From a virus: 64,000 nt of DNA. The stretch lies in the IMG/VR virus record IMGVR_UViG_3300045988_111617; one strand, written 5' to 3'. A program made the translations under genes and the position numbers. The notes below the pieces were generated by a model that was not told the DNA's origin, did no database searches, and saw only the letters and a list, made by a program, of their open reading frames with translations. This document shows, piece after piece, positions 17,947-27,575 of this stretch (positions are counted from its first letter, which is position 1; the number at the start of each line of letters is the position of its first letter).

Positions 17947-19030
17947 ACTCATAATACCTGATTTAGTTCAGAGAAAGATAAGAGAATGGTGTTATCATTT
18001 CCCTACCAAAGAATGGTCTGGAACACTGTTCTACACAGTAGAGGGTTCTTTTGAGGATAATTCTTTGGTTATTACCTGTAAGGATATTTATGTATCTGAC
18101 ATAGGTTCTGCTACCTATACAGAGTTTGACCATAGTGCTGATATTGTTACCTATCAGGCAATGAATGACCTGCTTGACTGTTATACAGGACTTATCCACT
18201 CACATAACCAAATGGCAACATTCTTCAGTGGAACAGACAGAAACACTCTTATAGAGGAAGGTATGGATATGCCTCACTTCCTCTCACTTATAGTGAATAA
18301 TGCAGGTGTATATACTGCTAAGATTACCAGAAGGGTGAGTCTTCAGACCTCTAAGATAACCTATCCTACCTTTGGTGGAGAAAATAAGTCTGAGGAAGTG
18401 GAATCTACTATAAATGAATATCTTGAGGCATTTCCTCTTGAGATAAATGTACAGGAAGATACATCTATCAGGGATGAAGTTGTTCAGAGAATCAAAGAGA
18501 TAGAAGCAGAGAAAACTACTGTAAGAAGAGCTAACTTCCCTTCTACCAAGGAGGAAGATACATCCTCTGAGGGAGAAGAGGGAGTATCATTTACTGGGAA
18601 GTTTCCCTTACAGAGAACATCAGTACAGCCAACATTATTCCCCGCTGAAGGAATATTTTCTTCAAAAACAGATGGGAGTTGGGTCAATATTGAAGTCCCT
18701 CAAGAGTTGGCTCAGAGGCTGCTTATACAGTTAGTAACTGGTTCTATCACAGCTGGTTATAGTGACAAGTTTGATATAGAGAAGTGGTGTTCCTCTGTAA
18801 TGGAGAAGGCTTTCCTCAGAAGGTTCCCTGACCCTCAGAACCTTGAGAACTGGCTTGACTGTTATATAGAGGTTCTTACATGGTATACTGACTGGAAGGA
18901 AGTTGAAAATGAGGATTCTGATATGATAGCCAAGGCTGTAGCAGCTAAATTGCTTAGCATGTGTGAGCAATTACCTGATAACAAGATACTTGATGCTATC
19001 AAGTTTAAACTTCAGGAGGAAATAGCATGA
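17888..19030 (+). CDS. JAB/MPN+ (JAMM) metalloprotease domain protein
   Basis: Upstream Glu in YTVEGSFED then HSHNQMATFFSGTD, which is exactly H-x-H-x7-S-x2-D; the JAB domain fills the N-terminal 150 aa and the 230-aa C-terminal extension is unknown. Confidence 0.6.
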   Translation: MEEKKEKRSLSLIDRHSTYKLIIPDLVQRKIREWCYHFPTKEWSGTLFYTVEGSFEDNSLVITCKDIYVSDIGSATYTEFDHSADIVTYQAMNDLLDCYTGLIHSHNQMATFFSGTDRNTLIEEGMDMPHFLSLIVNNAGVYTAKITRRVSLQTSKITYPTFGGENKSEEVESTINEYLEAFPLEINVQEDTSIRDEVVQRIKEIEAEKTTVRRANFPSTKEEDTSSEGEEGVSFTGKFPLQRTSVQPTLFPAEGIFSSKTDGSWVNIEVPQELAQRLLIQLVTGSITAGYSDKFDIEKWCSSVMEKAFLRRFPDPQNLENWLDCYIEVLTWYTDWKEVENEDSDMIAKAVAAKLLSMCEQLPDNKILDAIKFKLQEEIA

Positions 19031-19989
19031 CACAGGATACACAGGATACGTCAGTTAGACTGGCTGAAGCAATTAGTGGTCTTATAGACCAGCTCAATGA
19101 TGAGCATACTGAGACTGCTGTCTCTGAGGAGAATATTTCTGAAGAGAATACTTCTGAAGAGGTAGAAGAGCAGGCTGCATACCCAGAGTACCCAAGTATA
19201 AGTAGTGAAACTACTGTTCCTGAGCAGTCTCATGATAGGATTTCTGCCAACTCTGAGACTATTACCATTGACGCAAGTACTTCAAGGTTCAGTGGGGCAG
19301 TATGGTATAATAAAGTGCAGGAGAAAACAATCACTCTTGCAGGTTTGGGTGGTATAGGTTCTTATGTGGCTTTTCTTCTCTCAAGAATGAAGCCTAGTCA
19401 CATAAGAATCTATGATGATGATACTGTAGAATCGGCAAATATGTCAGGACAGTTCTATAGTGTTCTTGACCTCAACAAGACTAAGGCTCAAGCTATGACT
19501 GACATGATGCATAATTACAGTAGTTATTATTCCATAATCTCTCTCAATGAAAGGTTCACAGCAGGTTCCCCTTCTACTGACATCATGATTTGTGGATTTG
19601 ACAGTATGGCTGCCAGAAGGATATTCTACAGTGTATGGAAACACCATGTGATGAGCATACCTGAAGGACTAAGAAAACACTGCCTGTTCATAGATGGAAG
19701 ACTTGCAGCAGAGGAGTTCCAGGTTCTATGTATACAGGGTGATGCCAGTTATAATATGGAGAAGTATGAGAGAGATTGGCTATTCTCAGATGTTGAGGCT
19801 GATGCCACACTCTGTAGTTATAAGCAGACAACTTTCATGGCTAATATGATTGGTTCTATCATGACTAATCTCTTTGTAAACTTCTGTGCCAATGACCTTG
19901 AGGGTGATGAAAAGCCTATGATAGATAGGAGTCTTCCATTCCTTACATCATATGATGCTTCTTTGATGATGTTTACTACGGAGGCTTGA
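19027..19989 (+). CDS. E1-like (ThiF/MoeB family) adenylyltransferase
   Basis: Gly-rich loop TLAGLGGIGSYVAF, Asp motif IYDDDTVESANMSGQFY (compare D-x-D-x-V-x-x-SNL-x-RQ), candidate crossover-loop Cys in MICGFDS; acidic N-terminal extension. Confidence 0.6.
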   Translation: MTQDTQDTSVRLAEAISGLIDQLNDEHTETAVSEENISEENTSEEVEEQAAYPEYPSISSETTVPEQSHDRISANSETITIDASTSRFSGAVWYNKVQEKTITLAGLGGIGSYVAFLLSRMKPSHIRIYDDDTVESANMSGQFYSVLDLNKTKAQAMTDMMHNYSSYYSIISLNERFTAGSPSTDIMICGFDSMAARRIFYSVWKHHVMSIPEGLRKHCLFIDGRLAAEEFQVLCIQGDASYNMEKYERDWLFSDVEADATLCSYKQTTFMANMIGSIMTNLFVNFCANDLEGDEKPMIDRSLPFLTSYDASLMMFTTEA

Positions 19990-20753
19990 TTATGATTACA
20001 GCAGTTTACAATGACCTCATTACTCGTCCCTTCAATACTATACATGTAGATACAGGTACGTTTGTTACAAATTCCTCCTGTCTCGAAAAGCATGATATAC
20101 TGAATGGATACATATGTACAGATATGAATCATACTGGTTCATTTGAAGTACCTATGGCTATGCTTCCTTATCTTGAGACTATCTTGGCACAGCCAAAGAT
20201 AAAGTGGAAGCAGATTGCTATGCCCCTATACTATGATGATACTGTCATAAAGAATACTTCTTATGCTATCCTAAAATATTTCTTCAGAGACACTTCAGTA
20301 GGTGGAGGAAGACTCTCTAAGGTTACAACAGGAAAAGGAGAGGTTTATTATGGAGGAAATGGGATGATATTTGACCAACATATGAAACCTCTTGTCCTGT
20401 ATACTGTTACTGTTACAGGTATGACTCCTATAACTGTTCCTCCCAGGCTAACAAGAATGAAGACAACCATTTCTGCCCTTAATGTGAGAGTGTCTCCTAA
20501 GGTGCTTCTTAAGGATGATATGCTCAAGAAGAACATAATCTCCAAGGTTATACCTTCACTTGTATCAAGAAGTTTTGCAAATATAAGGGGTGCAGTATTA
20601 GATAAGCCTATAACTCCTAAGGTTATCATTGAAGACCTTTCAGAGTGGATTAAAAGACCTGCAAAAGTAGGTAGTCCTCAGACCTTCAAGGAAGATATGC
20701 AGAAGTTCCTGTCAAGAGAGGATATTGTTCAGGATATAATAGAATGCCTATGA
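19986..20753 (+). CDS. hypothetical protein
   Basis: 255-aa ORF. Confidence 0.5.
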   Translation: MIMITAVYNDLITRPFNTIHVDTGTFVTNSSCLEKHDILNGYICTDMNHTGSFEVPMAMLPYLETILAQPKIKWKQIAMPLYYDDTVIKNTSYAILKYFFRDTSVGGGRLSKVTTGKGEVYYGGNGMIFDQHMKPLVLYTVTVTGMTPITVPPRLTRMKTTISALNVRVSPKVLLKDDMLKKNIISKVIPSLVSRSFANIRGAVLDKPITPKVIIEDLSEWIKRPAKVGSPQTFKEDMQKFLSREDIVQDIIECL

Positions 20754-21388
20754 CTTGGGATAGTACAGTATCAGTAGATAGTATGGCTGTTCCTTGGTCT
20801 AAGGTCATAAAATCTGGAAGACCCTTTTGTCCTGATAAGAATGACATTCTCAAGGCATTCTCATACTGTAGTCCTGATAACTGCAAGGTAGTATTTCTTG
20901 GACAAGACCCATATCCTCAGAAGGGTGTTACAACAGGCATACTGTTTGCAAATAAGTCAGAAACTTTGCCTGAACAACTATCCCCTTCATTGAAGGTCAT
21001 CAAAAATTCTTTGTTTGAAGACTTGCATATTTCAGAAAAAGATTCTAACTTTGACCCTTCATTAATATCCTGGGCAGTACAGGGGATACTTATGATTAAC
21101 TCTGCACTTACTGTAGAGATGAACAAGGTAGGTTCTCATGTTATGATATGGAGACCTTTCATATCAAAACTCCTGAGGAATCTGTCTCTGTATAATCCAG
21201 ATATACTGTTTGTTCTGTTTGGTTCACAAGCAAGCACATTCAGACCTTATATCAACAAGGAAAGTACTGTTCTTGAGATACCTCACCCTGCATATAGTGC
21301 AAGAACTGGAGAAAAATTTCCTCTTATCTTCAATGCAATAAATGAAATTCTTGCAAAGAAAGGTAAGGAGAAGATACGTTGGATTTAA
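20744..21388 (+). CDS. uracil-DNA glycosylase family 1-like
   Basis: KVVFLGQDPYPQKG (GQDPY motif) and LEIPHPAYSA (HPSPLS-like) in the correct order. Confidence 0.55.
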   Translation: MPMTWDSTVSVDSMAVPWSKVIKSGRPFCPDKNDILKAFSYCSPDNCKVVFLGQDPYPQKGVTTGILFANKSETLPEQLSPSLKVIKNSLFEDLHISEKDSNFDPSLISWAVQGILMINSALTVEMNKVGSHVMIWRPFISKLLRNLSLYNPDILFVLFGSQASTFRPYINKESTVLEIPHPAYSARTGEKFPLIFNAINEILAKKGKEKIRWI

Positions 21389-21403
21389 CATTTTATTTAT
21401 ATT

Positions 21404-21958
21404 ATGGGAGATAAATTTATAACTAAAGATGGAAAGAAGGTTTCTCTTGGGGAACCTCTCAGCATTACTGCTATTCTCAAGAATGAGGAAATGGAGACAT
21501 CCTTTGTATTCAGAAGTGACCATCTCACTTCCTCAGAGGCAAGAATACTTATAATGAAAGGAATGCTCAAGGAAGAGGAACTTCTTGACAGAGAGCCAAT
21601 ACCTATGGTTCCTACCATTGATGAGGTATTTGCTCTTGTAAGTACATGGCTTACGGGCACTCCTCATGCAAAGGATACAGCAAAAGAGTTCCTTGCTGCA
21701 ATGCCTGACTATGCAGGGTTCTCAGTTGTGCTTAGAGCTCTTGCAGTTCTGATAGACAGGAAATATCCTGACCATATCAACAATGCTGATGTTGATAAGT
21801 ATTTCACTATTGACATGACTAATGGAAAAGTGTGTGAAGTTCCTAAAGGTAGAATCAAGAACTTTAGAAACTTTGCTGCATTCAGAAACATTGATGACAT
21901 CAAGATTGCCACTAAGATTCTGAGACCTTCCATTAAGGAACTGTGGCCTAATGAATAA
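21404..21958 (+). CDS. hypothetical protein
   Basis: 184-aa ORF. Confidence 0.5.
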   Translation: MGDKFITKDGKKVSLGEPLSITAILKNEEMETSFVFRSDHLTSSEARILIMKGMLKEEELLDREPIPMVPTIDEVFALVSTWLTGTPHAKDTAKEFLAAMPDYAGFSVVLRALAVLIDRKYPDHINNADVDKYFTIDMTNGKVCEVPKGRIKNFRNFAAFRNIDDIKIATKILRPSIKELWPNE

Positions 21959-22370
21959 GAAAGTAGTCAATGCTACAGCTGTATTTAAGGACAATATAAA
22001 GTTCAGAAGTAAAGCTGAAGCAAAGATGTATGAACTGTTGAAGGAGTCAGGGCTCTGGTTTGAATATGAACCAGACCCTATAATCCTTCAAGAAGGCTTC
22101 TATCCTATGGGATGGTATGAAGGTACAAAGTACAGGGAGGACAAGATTAGAGCTATTACCTATACACCTGACTTCATTGTGAAGGTTCCAGATAAAAACT
22201 GGTTCTTTATAGTGGAAGTAAAAGGTTTTATTACTGACAGATACCCTCTCAAAAGGAAGATGCTTATCAATCATATAGATAGTTCAGAGAACAACTATGT
22301 GTTTGCAGAGGTTCATACCAAAAGAGATATGGAGTTTATAATAGCAGAAATAAAGAAGTTTTCAAGATGA
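21951..22370 (+). CDS. PD-(D/E)XK-like endonuclease (DUF1064-like pattern)
   Basis: FRSKAEAKMYELLKESGLWFEYEP...YTPDFIV...FIVEVKG. Confidence 0.4.
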   Translation: MNKKVVNATAVFKDNIKFRSKAEAKMYELLKESGLWFEYEPDPIILQEGFYPMGWYEGTKYREDKIRAITYTPDFIVKVPDKNWFFIVEVKGFITDRYPLKRKMLINHIDSSENNYVFAEVHTKRDMEFIIAEIKKFSR

Positions 22371-22639
22371 GTACACCAGTCCAAAGAATCAAACAGTTGC
22401 TTTCCTGTGTACCAGAGAAAGACATTCCTTATGCAAATAAGTTCATTAAGGAAAGGGATTTTGAAGCCCTCAGAGATTTAGTCAAGTCTGATATAAGGAT
22501 ACTTCTTAAGAAGAAGGATGAATCCCTTGAGGAGCAGATAGACAATCTAAGACTTCTTAAAACTGAGATAGACTCCTATCTGCTTTTGTTAGGTCTTGAA
22601 GATGATGAAGTTGAAACAGATTTTTGGGAAGGAGAATAA
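22367..22639 (+). CDS. hypothetical protein
   Basis: 90-aa ORF. Confidence 0.45.
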   Translation: MSTPVQRIKQLLSCVPEKDIPYANKFIKERDFEALRDLVKSDIRILLKKKDESLEEQIDNLRLLKTEIDSYLLLLGLEDDEVETDFWEGE

Positions 22640-23670
22640 TGAAATCATTGAAAGATATATCATGGGATGTAACAGAAGACCAATATAGAGCTGATTCAGC
22701 ATTGTCCTATTCAACCCTTTCAAGATTCAATAGAGAGGGTTTTGACAATCTTGCTCATCTATTTGATAAAACAGAAAGTCCATCTTTGTTATTTGGTTCA
22801 GTAGTTGATTGTCTACTTACTGGAACTGAGGAGGAATTTAAAGATAGATTTTTTGTAGCAGATTTCTCTGAACTTCCAGATAAACAAAAGGAAATTGTTG
22901 AAGGCATATTTCATGCTGCTAAACCTGGGGAGTCTTGGGATAAGATAATGGATGCTGTTATTTTAGAGTATCTATTGGCTAATAATTATCAGCCTAATTG
23001 GAGAACAGAAACCAGAATTAAAGTAATAAGAGAAGCTGGTAGAGAATATTATGATTTACTTACTCTTGCTGAGGGAAAGACAGTGATATCACAGAAATTG
23101 TATCAGGATGCTTTAGACTGTGTGGAGACATTAAGAAGGTCTGAAAGCACCAAGTGGTATTTTGAAGCAGACAATCCTTTCAACAAGAATATTGAAAGAC
23201 TATACCAGTTGAAGTTCAAAGGAAGTTATGAGGGTATAAACCTCAGATGTATGGCTGACCTTATTATAGTAGACCATGAGAAGAAGATAGTATATCCTTG
23301 TGACCTTAAGACTTCTTTCAAACCTGAGTGGAGATTCTACAAGTCCTTCATGGAATGGGGATATTGGATTCAAGCTCAACTGTACTGGTATCTTATCAGG
23401 CAGGCTATGGATGGAGATGAATACTTCAAGGACTTCAAACTGGCAGATTACAGGTTTATTGTCATAAGTAACAGGACAAGAAAACCTCTTGTGTGGGAAT
23501 TCCCACAGACTCGGGCTATTACTGACCTTAAACTTGGGGAGCATAAACTCAGGAACTGGAGAAGTATAGCAAAAGAACTTAATACTTACCTTACCAAGGA
23601 CTATGAAGTTCCAATAGATATTAACATGAATTCAATCAACAATATAAGCAAGTGGCTAGAGAATGAATGA
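22624..23670 (+). CDS. PD-(D/E)XK nuclease (RecB/lambda-exonuclease-like)
   Basis: CMADLIIVDHEKKIVYPCDLKTS: the D...D-x-K arrangement. Confidence 0.45.
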   Translation: MGRRIMKSLKDISWDVTEDQYRADSALSYSTLSRFNREGFDNLAHLFDKTESPSLLFGSVVDCLLTGTEEEFKDRFFVADFSELPDKQKEIVEGIFHAAKPGESWDKIMDAVILEYLLANNYQPNWRTETRIKVIREAGREYYDLLTLAEGKTVISQKLYQDALDCVETLRRSESTKWYFEADNPFNKNIERLYQLKFKGSYEGINLRCMADLIIVDHEKKIVYPCDLKTSFKPEWRFYKSFMEWGYWIQAQLYWYLIRQAMDGDEYFKDFKLADYRFIVISNRTRKPLVWEFPQTRAITDLKLGEHKLRNWRSIAKELNTYLTKDYEVPIDINMNSINNISKWLENE

Positions 23671-25861
23671 GTATAAAGTAGTTAAGAGAGATGGCACTCT
23701 TGCAGAATTTGATGAAGAAAAGATTGTCAATGCAGTTGCTGCTGCATTTGAATCAGTAGGGCAGACCCTGCCACCAGGACTTATAGAGTCTTTTATCAAG
23801 ACAATTGAAGTCAATCTCCCTAATCCTGTAGCAGTAGAGGAGATACAGAATAGGGTTGAAAGATACCTTATGGACAACAAATATTTTCAGGCAGCAAAAT
23901 CTTTCATTCTATATAGAGAGAAACACAAGCAGGCAAGATTCATTAGGGAGAGGATTGATTATATGAATAAATATAGCCAGTCTAATGATAATGCAGCTAC
24001 TTCATCAGAGACAGATGCTAATGCAAATGTAACTATGAAGAATGTGGCTAATCTTGAAGGAGAAGTGTATAAAACCACTAATAGAGTCATTCAAAGACAG
24101 AGGATGAAGGATAAACTAAATGAGATGTTTCCTGAGGTAGCTAAGAAGTATGAGGAGGATTTGAATCATCATATCATTTATACCCATGATGAGGCTACCA
24201 CCCCTGTATTGAAGCAATACTGTATGGCAGTAAGTCTATATCCTCTTATGATGGAGGGAGTAGGTAATATTGATGGTGTCACACCTTCAGCACCTAATGA
24301 TTTACAGTCATTCAGTGGACAAATTACCAATCTTATATTCCTTCTTTCTTCTCAATGTAAGGGAGCAGTTGCAGTAGGTGAATACTTTATTGCACTGAAT
24401 TATTATATTGTGAAAGAGTTTGGAGAAGATTGGTATAATAGATTAGATGAGGTAACTACTTCTCCTGCTTGTAATAAGCAAAGAACTATTAGAGATGCTG
24501 TATATAAGGCATTCAAGCAGTTTATTTATGGTGTAAATCAGCCTGCTGGTAATAGGTCATATCAGAGTCCATTTACTAATGTGTCTTATTATGACCACAC
24601 ATATTTTAATTCACTGTTTGGAGAGTTCATCTATCCTGATGGTACTAAACCTCAATGGGAAGCTATAGATTGTCTTCAGAAGCTGTTTATGAAGTTCTTC
24701 AATAAACTGAGAACTAAACAGATTCTTACTTTCCCAGTAGAGACAATGGCTATGGTGTATGACCCAAAGACCAATGATATTATAGATAAGGACTACAAAG
24801 ACTTTACTGCTGAAATGTATGCAGAAGGTCATAGTTTCTTTACCTATATATCAGATAGTGCTGATAGCTTGGCTTCATGCTGTAGGTTGAGAAATGAACT
24901 TGCAGAGAATACTTTCAATCCTACATCAGGTCTTACTGGTGTTATGACTGGTTCTTGTAATGTTATTACTCTTAATATTAACAGAATTATACAGGATTGG
25001 GCTAAACAAGAAACTACTTGGTGGAGTACGGAAGGAGATAAAAACCTTCTTCATTGTAAGGATAATGTCTCACTCTTTAAGAAATATTTAGTAGATATCC
25101 TTGAAAGAGTCTACAAGTATCATATTGCATTCAAGACAATGCTCTATGAACTCGAAGATAAGGGAATGTTTGCAGCTTCAAATGGTGGATATATTCATAT
25201 CAGCAAGTTGTACAGCACTATTGGTATTAATGGCTTGAATGAGGCTGCAAGGTTCTTGGGTCTTGAAGTAGGTAATAATCCTGAGTACATTGAGTTTCTA
25301 CAACTCATACTTGGAACTATCAAAGAGGAGAATAAGAAGCATTCTATTCATGATAAGAAGAGACCTTTCTTGTTTAATTCTGAGGTAGTACCTGCTGAGG
25401 GATTGGGAGGAAAGAATTATCAATGGGATTTGCAAGATGGGTACGTAGTGCCTGATGATGAGAACCTATACAACTCATATTTCTATGATGCCCATGATGA
25501 TACTTCAGTACTTGACAAGTTTATTCTTCATGGAAGGCAGACTTATCAATTCACTGATGGTGGTTCAGCGGCTCATATCAATCTTGAAGACCATCTGAGT
25601 AAAGAGCAGTATCTCAAGTTGATAGACTTTGCAATAGCCAATGGTACTAACTACTTCACATTCAATATTCCTAACAGTAAGTGTGATGATTGTGGGTATA
25701 TCACTAAGCACCCAATCACAGAGTGCCCTAAGTGTCATAGTCACAACATTACTCAATATACAAGGGTAATTGGGTATCTTAGGCCTATTAAGTCCTTTGG
25801 TGAGGATAGACAGATTGAAGCAGCTAAGAGAACCTATAGTGATGGAAGGAGTGAGATATGA
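23663..25861 (+). CDS. nrdD: anaerobic ribonucleoside-triphosphate reductase (class III)
   Basis: N-terminal ATP-cone (VVKRDGTLAEFDEEKIVNAV), C-terminal Zn ribbon CDDCGY...CPKCHS, glycyl-radical motif TRVIGYLRP. Confidence 0.75.
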   Translation: MNEYKVVKRDGTLAEFDEEKIVNAVAAAFESVGQTLPPGLIESFIKTIEVNLPNPVAVEEIQNRVERYLMDNKYFQAAKSFILYREKHKQARFIRERIDYMNKYSQSNDNAATSSETDANANVTMKNVANLEGEVYKTTNRVIQRQRMKDKLNEMFPEVAKKYEEDLNHHIIYTHDEATTPVLKQYCMAVSLYPLMMEGVGNIDGVTPSAPNDLQSFSGQITNLIFLLSSQCKGAVAVGEYFIALNYYIVKEFGEDWYNRLDEVTTSPACNKQRTIRDAVYKAFKQFIYGVNQPAGNRSYQSPFTNVSYYDHTYFNSLFGEFIYPDGTKPQWEAIDCLQKLFMKFFNKLRTKQILTFPVETMAMVYDPKTNDIIDKDYKDFTAEMYAEGHSFFTYISDSADSLASCCRLRNELAENTFNPTSGLTGVMTGSCNVITLNINRIIQDWAKQETTWWSTEGDKNLLHCKDNVSLFKKYLVDILERVYKYHIAFKTMLYELEDKGMFAASNGGYIHISKLYSTIGINGLNEAARFLGLEVGNNPEYIEFLQLILGTIKEENKKHSIHDKKRPFLFNSEVVPAEGLGGKNYQWDLQDGYVVPDDENLYNSYFYDAHDDTSVLDKFILHGRQTYQFTDGGSAAHINLEDHLSKEQYLKLIDFAIANGTNYFTFNIPNSKCDDCGYITKHPITECPKCHSHNITQYTRVIGYLRPIKSFGEDRQIEAAKRTYSDGRSEI

Positions 25862-26346
25862 AGTATGTAGATGCTAAAGTAGTATTCTCTGAAGTCCCTG
25901 ATGAAATTACTCTTGCTATAAGTATATCTAACTGCCCAGGAACATGTAAAGGATGTCACTCCCCCTGGTTAAGAGAAGATGTAGGAGAATCTTTAACTAA
26001 AACATCTGTACGTGAACTTTTAGAAAAGAATAACGGAGTTACCTGTATATGTTTTATGGGAGGAGATAGAGATATTGAATCTCTTAAACAACTGATTAAA
26101 TGGACTAAAGAGAACTATCCAAAAATAAAAACTGCTTGGTATTCTGGTTTAGATTATCTTAAAGACAAGGAGATAACCAAATATTTAAATTATCTTAAAC
26201 TTGGTTCTTATAAAGAAAGTATGGGGCCTTTAGATAATCCACATACTAATCAGGTGTTTTATCAAGTTCTTCATACTCAAACGGACTCAACATTGTTAAT
26301 TGATATTACGTACAAATTTTGGAAAAAAGATTCCTCAGAAAAGTAA
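25858..26346 (+). CDS. nrdG: anaerobic RNR activating protein (radical SAM)
   Basis: CPGTCKGC (CxxxCxxC) near the N-terminus; ATGA overlap with nrdD. Confidence 0.6.
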   Translation: MKYVDAKVVFSEVPDEITLAISISNCPGTCKGCHSPWLREDVGESLTKTSVRELLEKNNGVTCICFMGGDRDIESLKQLIKWTKENYPKIKTAWYSGLDYLKDKEITKYLNYLKLGSYKESMGPLDNPHTNQVFYQVLHTQTDSTLLIDITYKFWKKDSSEK

Positions 26347-26534
26347 TTGGGGAGAAAACATTCCCAAGATGCCATTATACAAGAAAGAAACACAGATGGA
26401 AGCCTAAAGTTCCTTACGTCTCTATGCAAGCAGCTGAACTCTTTATTGAAGAGAGAAAGTTAGAGAATTATGTAGCTTACAGGTGTCCTGTATGTGGTAA
26501 ATGGCATATTGGATTTCACAAAGAAAAAGAGTAG
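26319..26534 (+). CDS. small basic protein with C-terminal zinc ribbon
   Basis: 71 aa, CPVCGKWH; followed by a terminator. Confidence 0.35.
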   Translation: MEKRFLRKVIGEKTFPRCHYTRKKHRWKPKVPYVSMQAAELFIEERKLENYVAYRCPVCGKWHIGFHKEKE

Positions 26535-26539
26535 AAATA

Positions 26540-26566
26540 AGCCCTCAGAAATGAGGGCTTTTATTA
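26540..26566 (+). terminator. rho-independent terminator
   Basis: agccctca-gaaa-tgagggct stem with GNRA-like loop followed by tttt; lies inside the 5' extension of ORF-track entry 26494. Confidence 0.65.
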
Positions 26567-26577
26567 TATATAGAGGT

Positions 26578-27045
26578 ATGCTTAAAATAAAGATAAAAAC
26601 ATTCAAAGACCAAATTCTGCCAGAAATTATCAATAAGGGAGATTGGATAGACCTCAGAGCAGCAGAAGAATATAACCTAAAACCAGGAGAATACAAACTA
26701 CTTAAATTAGGAGTAGCAATGGAACTTCCTAAAGGTTTTGAGGCTCTTGTAATTCCAAGAAGTTCTACTTTTAAGAACTATGGAGTTCTTCTTGCCAATT
26801 CTGTAGGAATGATAGATGGTAGCTATAATGGAGATGATGATGAATGGAGATTTCCTGCATATTGTTTAGTAGAGAAGCCTATTCATAAAGGAGATAGAAT
26901 TTGTCAGTTTAGAATTCAGCTATCTCAAAAAGCCACTTTTTGGCAAAAAATAAAATGGTTTTTAAATGATAAAATAAAGATAATAAACGTAGAAAAATTG
27001 AATACCATTAACAGAGGTGGGATTGGAAGCACAGGAAGGAAATAA
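26578..27045 (+). CDS. dut: dUTP diphosphatase
   Basis: ALVIPRSSTFKNYGVLLANSVGMIDGSYNGDDDEWRF...GDRICQ dUTPase motifs; start moved to the ATG after the terminator. Confidence 0.7.
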   Translation: MLKIKIKTFKDQILPEIINKGDWIDLRAAEEYNLKPGEYKLLKLGVAMELPKGFEALVIPRSSTFKNYGVLLANSVGMIDGSYNGDDDEWRFPAYCLVEKPIHKGDRICQFRIQLSQKATFWQKIKWFLNDKIKIINVEKLNTINRGGIGSTGRK

Positions 27046-27068
27046 CCTGTGCTATTGTTGGACAGAAA

Positions 27069-27575
27069 ATGAAAAAAAAAATGGTATTGACTTTAGTAAT
27101 TTGTTTCTTAGTTGCAGTAATGGCAGCATTCAGTAGAGATGCACTTAACCTATGGCTATCTAAAAAGGTAGGGTTTCCTCTTAAGGAGACTATAACTAAG
27201 GAAGGTATTCCCATAGTTACCCTTAAGAATGGAGAGAAAGAATTTAACTTCATTCTTGATACTGGGAGTACTGTATCTCATATAGACTCTACTATTAAGG
27301 ATTCTCTATCTGATGTAGAGGAAGTTGAAGGTAACAATTTTGCTATTGCTACTGCAAATGGTTCAGTTGAAGGTAACAACAGCTGGATTAGAGTTCCTTT
27401 GAACTACAAGAAACAGAGCTTTATCGAGGATTTCATGCCTTTGGACTTACATGATACCTTTGAAGATATAAAGGAAGAGACAGGGTTACAATTGCATGGT
27501 GTTCTTGGTAATACCTTCCTTAGAAAGTACAGATATGTACTTGATTATGATGATTTAGTTGCATATACAAAATGA
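27069..27575 (+). CDS. secreted retropepsin-like aspartic protease (candidate)
   Basis: Signal peptide MKKKMVLTLVICFLVAVMAAFS; FILDTGSTVSHID (D-T-G-S active-site motif). Confidence 0.4.
   Translation: MKKKMVLTLVICFLVAVMAAFSRDALNLWLSKKVGFPLKETITKEGIPIVTLKNGEKEFNFILDTGSTVSHIDSTIKDSLSDVEEVEGNNFAIATANGSVEGNNSWIRVPLNYKKQSFIEDFMPLDLHDTFEDIKEETGLQLHGVLGNTFLRKYRYVLDYDDLVAYTK

Noticed and set aside
26494-26577. N-terminal 28-codon extension of the dUTPase ORF
   Set aside because: Contains an intrinsic terminator hairpin (26540-26566). The ATG at 26578 after the terminator is the likely start.
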